Source of the DNA: Octopus vulgaris | Lineage: Eukaryota | DNA: 64,000 nt | Direction of reading: 5' to 3' | NCBI GenBank assembly: GCA_951406725.2 | Contig: OX597822.1 | Span: 38,068,001 to 38,132,000, forward strand | In this document: in pieces, positions 26,651 through 40,961 of the stretch | Numbering within the stretch: position 1 is the stretch's first letter | Layout: the number at the start of each line of letters is the position of its first letter | Translations under genes and position numbers: made by a program | Notes under the pieces: model-generated | Database searches by the model: none | What the model saw: only the letters and a program-made list of their open reading frames with translations | Told to the model about the DNA's origin: nothing

Positions 26651-26751
26651 ATATCTTTTATTTGCATTTGAATTTGTGTACCATTTCTCCGCCCCGTGGA
26701 ATTGAGACCCTGATTTTATGATGACAAAGCGGAATTTTTAATAATATACCA

Positions 26752-26790
<39 letters not shown>

Positions 26791-26870
26791 ATATCTATCT
26801 ATCTAGCCATCTAGCCATCTAGCTCTCTATCCATCCATCTAGCCATCTAGCTGTCTATCCATAAATCTAT

Positions 26871-27607
26871 CTTGCACGCACTCATGCAGTGTCCGACCAT
26901 TTCCGACCTGTGGGCTCATGTTGAACGACTGCTGTCACGTGTGGGACGAGTCGGTTTATCAGCCGAGTCTATCGTCAATGTCGTCACGCCTCCTTCCTTC
27001 AAACGGGAAGGAAGAGCTATTTTCATCATCCTTGTGGCTATGGCGAAAGAATGTATCTGGTGGACGCGTCTGAAAGGATTAGGGACAAACACTTTCCTCT
27101 CTGGTCAATCTCTCATCAACTTCTTCAAGTATCACTTAAAAAGGAAAGTGAGAGTAGAGAGGCAAGTTTTGTCTAGCGAATGTTTGAAAAAATGATGGGT
27201 AAATGTAACAAGGATGGCACGTATGAATGACGAAGCCACCTTGAGCATGATCCTATGAACCCGGAAAAATTGAAAACAGAGAGTTACTTACTTGCAAATA
27301 AATGTTTTAACATGAGACATTATTGACCGAGGTTACCGTGGTCTTTTCCGTAGGCTTTTCTTTCCACGGATAAACCTTATATGTTTCCCCCTTTACACTT
27401 TACATCATGATATTTCTGTGATGATACACGATCCCTATTGATCGTTTTTTTTTTCTTTTTTACAATCCCTTTTGATCGAAAATCTACCCCACTTTTCTTT
27501 TTTTTTTCTCCCCAAAAAGAAAAGTTCTACCTTGTAATTTATCCCGTCTGTGTTCTGCCTTGTGTGGCTAATAAAGAAACATATCTATATATATATCTAT
27601 CTTTCTT

Positions 27608-27649
<42 letters not shown>

Positions 27650-27875
27650 ATGACATTTCTGTGATACACAATCCCTATTGATCGATTTTTTCTTTTCTTT
27701 CCTTCTTTTTTACTCTCCTTTTTTTCTTTCTTTCCTCCTTCTCTTTCCTTTTTCTTTTCTTTTTACGATCCCTTTTGATTGAAAGCCCACCCCCACTTTT
27801 TTCTCCCCAAAAAGAAAAGCTCTACTTTGTAATTTGTCCCGTCTGTGTACAGCCCTGAGTGGCTAATAAACATAT
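26871..27875 (+). mobile_element. L1/Tx1-like LINE 3' end plus second 3' UTR copy (27649-27875)
   Basis: HALMQCPTISDLWAHVE...AKECIWWTR...VERQ..W C-terminus; both tails end gtggctaataaa followed by (TCTA)n. Confidence 0.8.
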
Positions 27876-27881
27876 CTATCA

Positions 27882-27949
<68 letters not shown>

Positions 27950-28478
27950 GACCATCTATCTATCCATCTATCTACCTATCCATCCATCTACCTACCTACT
28001 TACGTACCCTCCTACGTACCTACCAACTTACCTACCTACCTATCTATCTATCTATCGATCTATCTTTCTATCGATCGGCCGATCTATGCACATATATATA
28101 TACATACAAACACACGCATACATGTGTGAGTGTGTGTATTACTAAATCAGAAATCGTCCGATCTAGAATTAACCTTAAACATTTTGTCAAATCTTTTTTT
28201 ATTCATCTACCTCGCTTTCAACCTGTGCTAATGGAGTTTAAAAAAATGGTGTGGTTTTAGAGTCATTTGACGTCTATTTCTAGCGTGTCGGTGCTGTTTC
28301 TCAGTACCCTTACTTATAATTATATCTATATAATTATGTATGTATGTATGCATCTATCTATGTATCTATCTATCTATCTATATCGATCTAGCGATCTATC
28401 TATCTATATCTATATCTATCTATCAACCTATCTATCTATCTAACTATCTATCTATCTATCTATAACTATATCTCTATA

Positions 28479-28551
<73 letters not shown>

Positions 28552-28845
28552 CCCGAGATCCATGGACGAGTTCTCTCCAGCGGTCCTTGTCCCACTGGGA
28601 CAAGGATGCACACACATACACACACACACACTCACACACATTTACATATATATTTATATACATATAAATGTGTACATATATATATACATTCTTATACGTA
28701 CATACACATATATGCACATGTATATATAAATGTGTTTGTGTGTGTGTGTGTGTGCGTCTGAATGTGTGCGCGTGTGTGTGTGTGTGTGAGTGTGTGTGTG
28801 TGTCTGTGTGTGTGTGTCTGTGTGTGTGTGTGTCTGTGTGTGTGT

Positions 28846-28886
<41 letters not shown>

Positions 28887-29189
28887 TATATATATAGATG
28901 GGTAGTTAAGTAGGTATGTATGTTGGTAGGTAATTATATAAATAGTGATAATGTCAATGTCAGCAATATAAATACTTGTAGTGTACATGATTCAATGTCA
29001 ACAGATGCTGTACTATACCAATAGAACCCCCCTTACTATGTAAACAAGGTCAACACTATACGTCTATGTACACATGAATGCTGAGACGCTCTTCTCTGTT
29101 GACATAGAATCGTATGTGCGCGCGCGCGCGTGTGTGTGTGTAGGTACAAATGAAAATTTATATTCATTCATGTACCTATATAAATTTAT

Positions 29190-29271
<82 letters not shown>

Positions 29272-29398
29272 ATGTATGTGTGTGTGTGTGTGTAAATGTA
29301 TACATGCCTATTTGTATATATAATATATACATACATATATATATATATATATACAGTCGCTTACACGCGGATGCACACAAGTATACACACTTATATGC

Positions 29399-29435
<37 letters not shown>

Positions 29436-29915
29436 AACATACATAGGTATGCTTGCATGTTGTGTGTGTCTGTGTGTGTGTGCGTGTGTGCGTGATAGTG
29501 TGTGTGGGAGTGGGGATAGCTATTCAATCCTGAGTGTTCTACCTATTCCAGAAAACAGATTGCTCAATGAAATATGTAAATAAATCGTATACACACTTTC
29601 GCGGCTAAATATATTGAATTCGTCGTACGAAGATGAATATATCGATACGGATATCAAAATACAAATGATATTTAAGCGCTCGCGCGTGTGTGTGTGTGGA
29701 CGACGAGCTGGAAAAATCGTTAGAGCTTTGGGAAAATTTATTTGTGACATTTCTTCCGACATTACGTCTTCAGCTCAAATTACGCCGAAGTCAACTTTGC
29801 CTTTCATCACTCTGGGGTTAATAAAATAAGTACCATTTGAGCACTAGGGTCGAAAGTAATCCCCAGCAAATACTAAGCTTTGTACCAAAATTGGAAATTA
29901 TTATTATTATTATCC

Positions 29916-29982
<67 letters not shown>

Positions 29983-29984
<2 letters not shown>

Positions 29985-30445
29985 TATGTTTGACTTTTGC
30001 TTTATGTCTGTACAAGTTGGCTCCAAGTCTCACCCAGAGACCTCAAGAGACAACAGGTTAGAAGTTCTGTGCCATATATTTGGGGTTTTTTGGGGGGGTT
30101 TTTTTTGGTGTTGTACTAGTGAATATCTAATACATAAAAATAAAAATAAAAAATAAAAAGTTTGTTTTAAACCTTGGGATTACATAGAGAGTATTTTGCG
30201 TAGGATATGAGCAGTTCCCATGAGCACTATCTTTTGAATTTCTGCCATTTTGGGGTTTCCTGGTATCTGAGTTAGGTAGCAATCAGTCCCTTTCGCTATC
30301 ATTCCCAGGGCACCCATGACAACAGGTATTGTTTTAGTCTTCAGCTTCCACATTTTGCTGATTTCTATTTCAAGATCTTTATATTTGCTCAGTTTTTGGT
30401 AGGTCTTGACAGATACGTTTATATCGATTGGGACAGTCATATCAA
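29983..30445 (-). mobile_element. Dong/R4-like RLE retrotransposon 3' end in (TAA)n
   Basis: IDMTVPID..KLSKYKDLEIEISKMWKLKTKTIPVVMGALG...LMGTAHILRKIL; (TAA)n on both sides. Confidence 0.9.
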
Positions 30446-30524
30446 TTATTATTATTATTATTATTATTATTATCATCATCATCAACATCATCATCATCAT
30501 CATCATCATCATTATTATTATTAT

Positions 30525-30574
<50 letters not shown>

Positions 30575-30577
30575 CTA

Positions 30578-30615
<38 letters not shown>

Positions 30616-30700
30616 ACTACTACTACTACTACAACAGCTGCTGCTGCTGCTACTAGTGTTGCTGCTACTACTACAACTACTACTACTATTACTACAACTA
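30446..30700. repeat. Compound trinucleotide microsatellite (ATT/ATC/AGT/ACT/GCT)
   Basis: Direct inspection. Confidence 0.95.
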
Positions 30701-30723
30701 AGAGAAAAGGTTACCAGTGATTT

Positions 30724-30754
30724 CAACGTTTCAGTGTTGTTGCCTTCGTCAGGC
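30724..30754 (-). ncRNA. Degenerate minimal hammerhead motif
   Basis: Reverse complement: gc-CTGACGA-aggcaacaacact-GAAA-cg-TT; stems weak. Confidence 0.4.
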
Positions 30755-31007
30755 TTTACTTCTTAAATATGAAATAAATGTGAAATTTGAATGTGTAGAG
30801 TGATATTCCAATTATCCGAATGACTTTATACATAACTATACACTAGAACAAACATTAATGCACACACACACACACACACACATTTAACATACATACATAC
30901 ATACATACATACATACATACATACATACATACATACATACACACATAGACACATACACACACATACATGCATACATACATACATACATACATACATACAT
31001 ACATACA

Positions 31008-31038
<31 letters not shown>

Positions 31039-31059
31039 GCATGTGTGTGTGTATGTATA

Positions 31060-31091
<32 letters not shown>

Positions 31092-31178
31092 CATATATAT
31101 ATATAAACATACGTTTATATATAGAGGTAAAACTATATGGAAGAGGATGCATGGCGCTCAAGCATATAATAATATAAG

Positions 31179-31217
<39 letters not shown>

Positions 31218-31237
31218 CATACATATTAACATACTTG

Positions 31238-31244
31238 ATAGATT

Positions 31245-31323
<79 letters not shown>

Positions 31324-31340
31324 TGATAGATAGATAGATT

Positions 31341-31439
<99 letters not shown>

Positions 31440-31472
31440 TGATAGATAGATAGATTGATAGATAGATAGATT

Positions 31473-31567
<95 letters not shown>

Positions 31568-31687
31568 TGATAGATAGATAGATTGATAGATAGATAGATA
31601 GATTGATAGATAGATAGATACATACATACATACATACATACATACATACATGCATGCATGCATACATACATACATACATACATACAT

Positions 31688-31730
<43 letters not shown>
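31238..31730. repeat. Long (GATA)n then (CATA)n and (GACA)n microsatellite
   Basis: Direct inspection. Confidence 0.97.
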
Positions 31731-31732
<2 letters not shown>

Positions 31733-32020
31733 GATATTTAACTTCGCATACGTTTATCGTATGCGAAGAGAGGTGAGAGAGAGTGGGAGAGAGAGTGGAG
31801 ATAGGGAATGACCAATGTTGATACATATGATAGACTATCCAGCTATTTATATATTGCATATCCAGCTATTTATATATGCATACAGTTAGCTATATACACA
31901 TACATATTGCTGTTGTTGTTGTTATTCTTGCTGCTGATGGTGTTTTGTTTTTAATCGGCAGAAAGTTTAAAAAGTGGCTTAAAGGCCGAGAGTTATTCTA
32001 ACAAACCTATGCATGCATAC

Positions 32021-32126
<106 letters not shown>

Positions 32127-32161
32127 GTGTATATATATGTATATATATATATGTATCACGA

Positions 32162-33349
32162 ATGGCCCCCTCCTTTGCCAACCTAGTCATAGGATACCTA
32201 GAGATCAGTCTGTATCGTAAGGTTCTAGAAAGATATGGCAGCCCTTTCTCCATCTACATAGAAAACAACTGGAAGAGATATCTAGATGACTGTTTCATCC
32301 TTTGGCATAAAAATATAGAAAAACTCATAGAATTCCAGAAAATTTTAAACGGACTGGACGTAAACATCCAATTCACGATGGAATATAGCCAACAACAACT
32401 CCCCTTCCTCGATATCCTCATTAAGAAAGCTAATAATATAATAGAAACAGACATATACTATAAGCCTACAGACTCTAAGCAATATCTTCCATTCAATTCA
32501 TGCCACCCCAGACACACCAGGATGAATATCCCCTTCAATCTAGCAAAAAGGATATGCACTATAGTCTCTAACGCAAACACCAGAGACACACGACTACAAG
32601 AACTAAAAGATACCCTAATCACCAGGAACTATCCACCTTCACTTATTGACAAGTGCATTCAACGTGCCCTTCAACTTAACATCAAGGAACTGAGACATCC
32701 CAAATCAAAGAAAAACTTACAACCAAAAGCCTTACCATACATCTCCACACACAACCCTCTCAATAACGAAGCCTTCGATACCATCCTCCACAACATACCC
32801 CTCCTAAAAAAAGACCACAGAATGAACACAATCCTCCAAACACACACGATCATAAAAAGCAAAAGACAGCCTAGATCCATGAAAAGTCTCCTCACACAAG
32901 CCCGAATTCACTCTTCAACACAGAAGCCGACAGTAAAAAAATGTGGAAGACCCAATTGCGGGATATGCGACTATCTAATCGAGGGTTCTGAGTTCTCCTT
33001 CAAACAGGGACAGCGGTTTACAGTGAAAAGCAACTTCACATGTGCTTCGGAGAACCTAATATACTCACTAACCTGCTCCGGGTGTCAAGAGCAGTACATA
33101 GGCCAAACAAAAAATGGTTTGCGTAAACGAATGGCCCTGCACAGATCCCAGATAAAAATTCCCCAAAACAGAAAAATAGCTTTTAGCCAACACATAGATA
33201 CTTGCGCCAACAAAAAAACACCAAACTTCAGAATTTTCCCCCTCTACCAATTTAGGGACGATACAACCTCGAGACAACGAATAAGTAAAGAAAATCTCTT
33301 TATTACAAAATACAAGCCACTTCTTAACGGGTCTACGACAAACAATTAA
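32162..33349 (+). CDS. Penelope-like (Neptune-type) RT C-terminus plus GIY-YIG endonuclease, 5'-truncated
   Basis: MAPSFANL, WKRYLDDCF, LPFLDI, YYKPTD..YL..SCHP, linker CGRPNCGIC, NLIYSLTCSGCQEQYIGQT, terminal PLLN; no stops. Confidence 0.93.
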   Translation: MAPSFANLVIGYLEISLYRKVLERYGSPFSIYIENNWKRYLDDCFILWHKNIEKLIEFQKILNGLDVNIQFTMEYSQQQLPFLDILIKKANNIIETDIYYKPTDSKQYLPFNSCHPRHTRMNIPFNLAKRICTIVSNANTRDTRLQELKDTLITRNYPPSLIDKCIQRALQLNIKELRHPKSKKNLQPKALPYISTHNPLNNEAFDTILHNIPLLKKDHRMNTILQTHTIIKSKRQPRSMKSLLTQARIHSSTQKPTVKKCGRPNCGICDYLIEGSEFSFKQGQRFTVKSNFTCASENLIYSLTCSGCQEQYIGQTKNGLRKRMALHRSQIKIPQNRKIAFSQHIDTCANKKTPNFRIFPLYQFRDDTTSRQRISKENLFITKYKPLLNGSTTNN

Positions 33350-34056
33350 TACACCTCAACTTTAGAATAAAAGAAAAAAATATATATACACACACAAATA
33401 CTACACTCCATAGAATCCATTACTAATCAGCCCCTTCATAGCTATATTTACACCCATTCATATTCTCCCTTCTCTGTTTTTTTCTTCTTCTTCTTCTTCT
33501 TCTTCTTCATCATCATCATTATCATCATCATCGGCGTCATCATCATCACCACCATCATCACCACCATCTTCTCCTTCTCCTCCTTCTTCTTCTTCTTCTT
33601 CTTCTTCATCATCATCATTATCATCATCATCGTCGTCATAATCATCACCACCATCACCATCATCGTCATCTTCTCCTCCTTCTTCTTCTTCTTCTTCTTC
33701 TTCTCCACCCCCTACCCCTTAAGTTTGTCACTAATGTTTTTTAGTATAACACCTACGCTAATTCTATAAACAAGCCTGTCAATATAAATATTCTCCTGAA
33801 TTGAACTGAGACTGCCAGCCGCCACTGACCATTCAAAATACGACCATCAGGGCACTCCCAGATTCTCCCACCCCCTTTCCTCACCAGCCTTCCCTCTACT
33901 ACCCTACCAAGAACTCACAACTACCTCGAACACACAAGTGCAAACAAGGGAGTCAGAGAAAGGCAGAATGCCTCTTAAATCTGAACACTACTATTGAAAT
34001 ATTCTTTTAAAAAAACTTTTCTTCTAATTTTTCTAAATTTAATTATTTAATCGTTA

Positions 34057-34094
34057 CAGTTGAAAAGGTCTCAAAATGACCGAAACCGGTACTG
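34057..34094 (+). ncRNA. Minimal hammerhead, U3:A8 variant
   Basis: cag-TTGAAAA-ggtc-tcaaaat-gacc-GAAA-ccgg-TA-ctg. Confidence 0.75.
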
Positions 34095-35283
34095 AAATGT
34101 TCACTATAAAATTATTTTAGCATTTTCTATTTTTTACTTGTTTTTTCATATATATATATATATATACATATATCATATATATATATTATATATATGGATG
34201 TATATATGCATATGTATATATAATTATATATGATATATGCTTACAATAATATACGTTGCACACACACACACACTCACACGCATGCACACATACACACACA
34301 CACAGATACACTCATATATATATATACAAATATATGTATATTACATACAAACGCATGTGTGCGTACATGCGCATTTGTGTAAGTATGAATATATGCGTGT
34401 GGGTGAGTGCGTATGTATATGTGTGTACGTATGTTTATATGTATACAAGTATATGTATGTGTGTGCGCGTATACATGCATGCTTGGATGGATGGATGGAT
34501 GGATGGATGGAATGAATATATAAAGCACACGCTCAAGTATGAATATAAGCATATTTAAGAGTACGGGCAAGAGGAGAAGCGGTGCAGGTGGCGTTGGTGC
34601 TGTTGATATTAACGTCCGTTACGAAGGGCGGCGACAGCGACTGTGGCGGTTGCTGCGGCGGCGGCGGCGGTGGTGGTGGTGGTGGTGGTGGTGGTGGTGG
34701 TGGTGGTGGTGGTGGCGGCGGTGGTGGTGGTGGTCTTGGTGGTGGTGGTCTTGGTGGTGGTGGTGGGTGATGTTGAATGGTGGAAAAAGAAAGACGGAAA
34801 AGAAGAGCTGAGTAAGCGTGAATTATATGGGAAGGAAGACACACAATGGAGTTCTAAGTCAGTAAGTGGGAAACGAGGTCTTTGTACGAGAGACATATAA
34901 TTACTTAAGTCAACAGAACGCAGCGATTTGAAGGTGATCATTATAGATATATCAATAATCTTACTAATAGATCTCTTTACATAACATCTATACTTGCCTC
35001 GTTCAACAGCTTGGTCAATATTGTAACCTGGATCGCCTTCCTTTACAAACAATATATTAGAAGCATGTGCACATATACATATATATTTACATATATATAT
35101 AAATATACATATATATACATATATATATACATATATATGTGTATGTATATATATACATATATACATATATACATATATACATATATATTTACATATGTAG
35201 ATATATATATGTGTGTGTGTCTATATACATATATATACATATATATAGATAGATAAATATATATATATACATATACTTTAATA

Positions 35284-35340
<57 letters not shown>

Positions 35341-35509
35341 ATATATATATATTTATATATATGTATAAATATATATATACATATATATATATATGTGTGT
35401 GTGTATGTGTGTGTGTGTATACATACACACACACACTGACTATTATACATGCAGATTTCATACATTTATCCAGTCATTTTCATATATTCATTTAGAAATC
35501 CATATATAA

Positions 35510-35552
<43 letters not shown>

Positions 35553-35985
35553 GATACAGTGTACATTTATACGCTAAAGAGGTATCCATCATAGGACTAC
35601 CTGCACGCTAGAGAAGACAGTTAAATTCCAAACCACTATTAGGAATAATATTTCGAATTTCGAATGGAATGAAAAATAAAAATATTTACCATCTAACAAC
35701 TGGACCAATGGTTTCGCACTTTGCCTCTGGTAATGGAAATCTCTAATATTTCAGATTACCCTTTGATATTATTAATTATATACATAAATTTACATATGCA
35801 TACATGTATTCATGCATACATTTATAGATGTGTGTATGTGTGAGTGCGTGTGTGTGTATGTGTACATTTATACATATTATATATTCATATATATTTACAT
35901 ACTTATAAGCATACATGCATGCACGTATGCATACACACACAGACGAATGTAGATGTACATATATAGATAAATATATACAAGTTTT

Positions 35986-36078
<93 letters not shown>

Positions 36079-36247
36079 AAGGCATACAAGCGGACAAACA
36101 GACAGACAACCAGACAGATAGAGATATGGATTTTTTATACAAATTCATGCGTATGCGTATATTTGTGACTGTGTGTAAGTACGCATGTGTGTGTGTACAT
36201 ATATACATATGTGTCTATGTGCATATATATGTATATATATGTGTGTG

Positions 36248-36301
<54 letters not shown>

Positions 36302-36309
<8 letters not shown>

Positions 36310-36660
36310 TTAGTGAATTGAAGAAATGGAGTTGAACGAAGATTGAACAGAAATCGTTTTATTGCATTCTGCACGTGTTTCGAAAGCCACAATTTACCAA
36401 ATTCCGATTGAATAAGGAGACCATATTGTGTCTTTCTCTTCAGGAAGAAATAGGAATTCCGTTGGCTGCTGCGCCTCTGTTCTGTTTTTGTTTTTGCCAA
36501 CGGAATTCCTATTTCTTCCTGAAGAGAAAGACACAATATGGTCTCCTTATTCAATCGGAATTTGGTAAATTGTGGCTTTCGAAACACGTATAGAATGCAA
36601 TAAAACGATTTCTGTTCAATCTTCGTTCAACTCCATTTCTTCAATTCACTAATAATATTA
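36302..36660. repeat. Near-perfect 165-bp inverted repeat with 29-nt spacer (inverted PLE pseudo-LTRs)
   Basis: 36302-36466 vs 36496-36660, 163 of 165 identical by eye. Confidence 0.95.
36512..36596 (+). ncRNA. Hammerhead-like motif with long stem II
   Basis: CTGAAGA-gaaag-a-cacaat...attgtg-g-ctttc-GAAA-cacg-TA; stem I imperfect; mirror copy in left arm. Confidence 0.6.
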
Positions 36661-36807
36661 AAATTCAATTATCCGCACCAACGCACGGTTGCAACACCAT
36701 ATGGTTGTACCTCCAACCGTGCTGTCTTCTGCTGTGATTTTTGCTACCAAGGTATCGGTTAAACTTTTGATTAATCTGCAACAAGATTATTCATCTTTCT
36801 ATTTCAC

Positions 36808-36852
<45 letters not shown>

Positions 36853-36959
36853 GTATATATATATGTATAAAGATATATATATATCTATATATTTATATAC
36901 ACATAGTATGTATATTTATATACATATATATATATGCATATATATATATGTAAATATAT

Positions 36960-36990
<31 letters not shown>

Positions 36991-37005
36991 CCTAATTATA
37001 TATAC

Positions 37006-37043
<38 letters not shown>

Positions 37044-37058
37044 ATCTGTGTGCCTGTG

Positions 37059-37460
37059 GCGCAGGCGTAGCTGTGTACATCCCAACCATATGATTCCGGG
37101 TTCAGTTCCACTACCTTGGGCAAGTGTCTTCTACTATAGCCTCGGGCCGACCAAAGCCTTGTGAGTGGATCTGGTAAACGGTAACTGAAAGAAGCTTATC
37201 GTGTGTATGTGTGTGTGTGTGTGTGTGCGTATGTGTGTATACATCTATGTGTGTGTGTCTCTGTATTTGTATTTGTCCCCCACCACCACCGCTTGCCAAC
37301 CGCTGTTGGTGTGTTTATATCCCCGTAACTTAGCGGTTCAGCAAAGAGACCCCAAGCTTAAAAAAAAATAATAGTCTTCAGGCCTAATTGTTCAACTGGA
37401 ACCTTTCAAAGCAGTGCCCCAGCATGGCTGCAGTCAAATGACTGAAACAAGTAAAAGATA
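37059..37460 (+). mobile_element. SINE family A, near full length
   Basis: Head, internal microsatellite, tail. Confidence 0.85.
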
Positions 37461-37477
37461 ACTATACATAGGCATAT

Positions 37478-37785
37478 ATGAGCACTAAGTCGGTTACGAC
37501 GATGAGGGTCTCAACTGATACGGTCAACGGAACAGCTTGCACGTGAAATGAACGTGCAAGTGGCTGACCACTCCACAGACACGTGTACTCGTAACGTAGT
37601 TTTCAGGGAGATGCATCGTGACACAGAGTGTGACAAGGCTCGCCCTTTGAAATACAGGTACTATTCATTTTTGCCAGCTGAGTGGACTGGAGCAACGTGA
37701 AATAAAGTGTCTTGCGCCGCTGAGAATTGAACACATGACCATACGATCGTGAGCCGAATGCCCCTAACCACTAAGCCACGCGCCT
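37478..37785 (-). mobile_element. tRNA-derived SINE family C variant
   Basis: Head aaggcgcgtggcttagtggttagggg on minus strand; ccagtccactcagctg body. Confidence 0.75.
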
Positions 37786-37808
37786 TAACTCTTATATACT
37801 CATATATA

Positions 37809-37895
<87 letters not shown>

Positions 37896-38059
37896 AAAAT
37901 GGGACAAGAATGCAAAACATCCGGACAACTAGGTGATACAAAAAGGGACAACAAAACATCCAGATAGACGATACAAAAAACAAGTACGGGTTAGTCGAAG
38001 CTTTCTATCCTCAGTTAAGAACCATATCATCCTCGCAATTTCGGCTGATTATATACATA

Positions 38060-38933
38060 TTTTTTTTTTTTTTTGCTTGTTTCAGCTCAGAGCTGCGGCC
38101 ATGCTGATGCACCGCCGTTTTGTGCTACACTGTAATTACGAAGAACCTCCTCTAATATGTGGCACTTGGTGAAGAATGGAGTTTGATATAGCTACTCTCA
38201 TTTGCACCTCTTGCCGTGAGGTAGGTTCATCTGGGACTCTCGACAGTAAGATGTCCAGCTTTGATTTATAAACTGCTACATCTACTTTCTGCAAGTTCCT
38301 CAGACTCTTTGGGAGAATATTAAAAAACTGTGGGCCCTTGAAACCCAGGCTGTTGCAGAAGCTGGTCCTGAAACGTGATGGCATTGCTGGGATGTTTGGC
38401 ACTATGCAGTGTCGTCCCCTTCTAGCATTGGTGTAGCTTACAATGCCAAAATTTGGCACAGTTCCTTCCAGGATCTTCCAGACATATATTACTGCATATC
38501 TCTCCCGTCTTCTCTCCAGGGAGTAGAGTCTTAGCTGTTTCAAACTTTCCCAGTAGCTGAGCTGTTGCAAAGAGACAATCTTCTTTGTGAATCTTCTCTG
38601 GAATGCTTCAAGGTCCGCTGTTAATTTTACACTGGTGGGTGACCATAGCTGTGAGCAGTAATCCAGGCGGCTGTGGACGAATGTCCGCCAGAGGACCATC
38701 ATGGTTTCCTTATCTCTGGTTCTGAATGTTCTTAGGATCCATCCAGCCAGTCGTCTGCACTTTGTCGCCATCCTGGTAATGTGCACTTGGAAAGAGGTAT
38801 CGTCACTCATGTCGATACCCAGGTCCCTCACAGACTTAGGCTCTGGGATTGAAATTCCCTGTGGACCGGTATATCCTGTAAGTTTAATATTCAGTTTTGG
38901 ATGCTGGTAGCGCAGGGCCTGGAATTTTTCAGC
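38060..38933 (-). pseudogene. CR1-clade LINE ORF2 C-terminal part plus 3' tail
   Basis: VRDLGI, RLDYCSQLWSP, LEAFQRRFTK, LYSLERRRERY; open to the stop at 38136; A-rich tail. Confidence 0.92.
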
Positions 38934-38981
<48 letters not shown>

Positions 38982-39270
38982 TACATATGTATATACAAAC
39001 GTATACATACACACATAAATACATACTACATGCATATACACATACACACATATATGTTTGTGTGTGTGTATGTATGTAACACATACATACAGAAACACAG
39101 GCAAATACATATATGTATGTGCATATATATATACACACACAAACGCATATATATATATAATTTGATTTAGTTTCGATTATACTACCGAATGGCGCACACA
39201 CACACACACACAAGCACACACACAAGCACACACACACACACAAACACTCACACACACATACACACACACA

Positions 39271-39334
<64 letters not shown>

Positions 39335-39601
39335 CGACGGACTTCTTTCAGTTTCGTCTACCAAATCCACTCACGAGGTTTCAAGGCCCGGGGCTATAGT
39401 AGATGGTCCCACCGCGTGAGACTGAACCAGAAATCGTGTGTTTGCGAAGCAAACTTCTTAACCTTTGCGCCTAAAATTTACAGCTGCACCTACTGAGGCA
39501 CCGACTCATAACGCCCGCATTTCTTCAGACTTTGTTCCACCGGGGCAAATATATGCATATACACACATATTTCTTAATATACATATATATATCTAGATAT
39601 A

Positions 39602-39642
<41 letters not shown>

Positions 39643-39646
<4 letters not shown>

Positions 39647-39835
39647 ATTCTTTTATTTGTTTCAGTCATCTTAACTGTGGCCATGCTGGAACACCGCCTT
39701 TAGTCGAACATATCGACCCTCGGACTTATTCTTTGTAAGCCTAGCACTTATTCTATCGGTCTTCTTTTGCCGAACCGCTAGGTTACGGGGACGTAAACAC
39801 ACCAGCATCGGTCGTCAAGCGATGTTGGGAGATAA

Positions 39836-39894
<59 letters not shown>

Positions 39895-40056
39895 CGACGA
39901 GCTTCTTTCAGTTTCCACCTACCAAATCCACTCTTAAAGCACTAGTCAGCCTGAGGCTATAGCAGAAGACACTTGCCCAAGTTGCTACGCAATGGGACTG
40001 AACCCGGAATCATGTGGATGGGAAGCAAGTTTCTTACCACACAGCCACTCTTGCGG
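39643..40056 (-). mobile_element. SINE family A, full length (partial copy at 39332-39470)
   Basis: Head, body and tail match. Confidence 0.9.
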
Positions 40057-40143
40057 CTATATATGAAAACATGTGTGTGTGTATGTGTGTGTGCGTGTGT
40101 ATATGCGCATATGCTTGTATATATATGTATATATATGTATATA

Positions 40144-40175
<32 letters not shown>

Positions 40176-40297
40176 TGTGTGTGTGTGTGAGTGTGTGTGT
40201 ATGTGTGTCTGTGTGCATGTGTGTGTATATATGTATGAGAGTATATATGAGTATGCATGTAATGATATATTTATGGGTAAATATATAAATATCAACG

Positions 40298-40329
<32 letters not shown>

Positions 40330-40608
40330 TGTATGTACATACATATATGTACATGCACACACACACACACACACACATGCATATACGTATCTATGTAATT
40401 ATATATGTAGATATATTTAGACGACTTTCTAAGTTTCTGTTGTGCAGACAATACTGCCCTAGATGTGGATTTTATTCAAAACATTTTATATAACATAATA
40501 GTGTGCGTGTATATATGTGTGAGTATATATGCGTGTGTGCCTGATTGTGTGAGTATGCGGATATGCACGAATAAACATATACACACACACACACTCACAC
40601 ACATTTAG

Positions 40609-40711
<103 letters not shown>

Positions 40712-40867
40712 CATGCACACACATATGAAACAATTCGCATATATATACGTATATATATATGAATGATACGTAGAACATGTTTTATATATAAGCACTCACA
40801 AATATATATATTTATACATACATACATATGTATATACATACACACGTATTAATTCTCTCTTTCTCTC

Positions 40868-40960
<93 letters not shown>

Positions 40961-40961
40961 A

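Larger units (their letters stand above)
32156..34148 (+). mobile_element. Penelope-like element with 3' pseudo-LTR
   Basis: ORF plus 3' region ending at (TA)n; (CTT)/(CAT) microsatellite at ~33480-33705; hammerhead at 34057-34094. Confidence 0.8.

Noticed and set aside
30406-30766. Mucin-like or poly-amino-acid ORFs
   Set aside because: Compound trinucleotide repeat
34582-34770. Signal-peptide-like, Gly-rich ORF
   Set aside because: (GGT)n microsatellite; GTG start and no splice or other support
36135-36593. Two opposite ORFs with identical N-termini
   Set aside because: Trivial consequence of the palindrome
38934-39140. N-terminus of the 334-aa minus-strand ORF
   Set aside because: Microsatellite-derived; only the CR1 part is real
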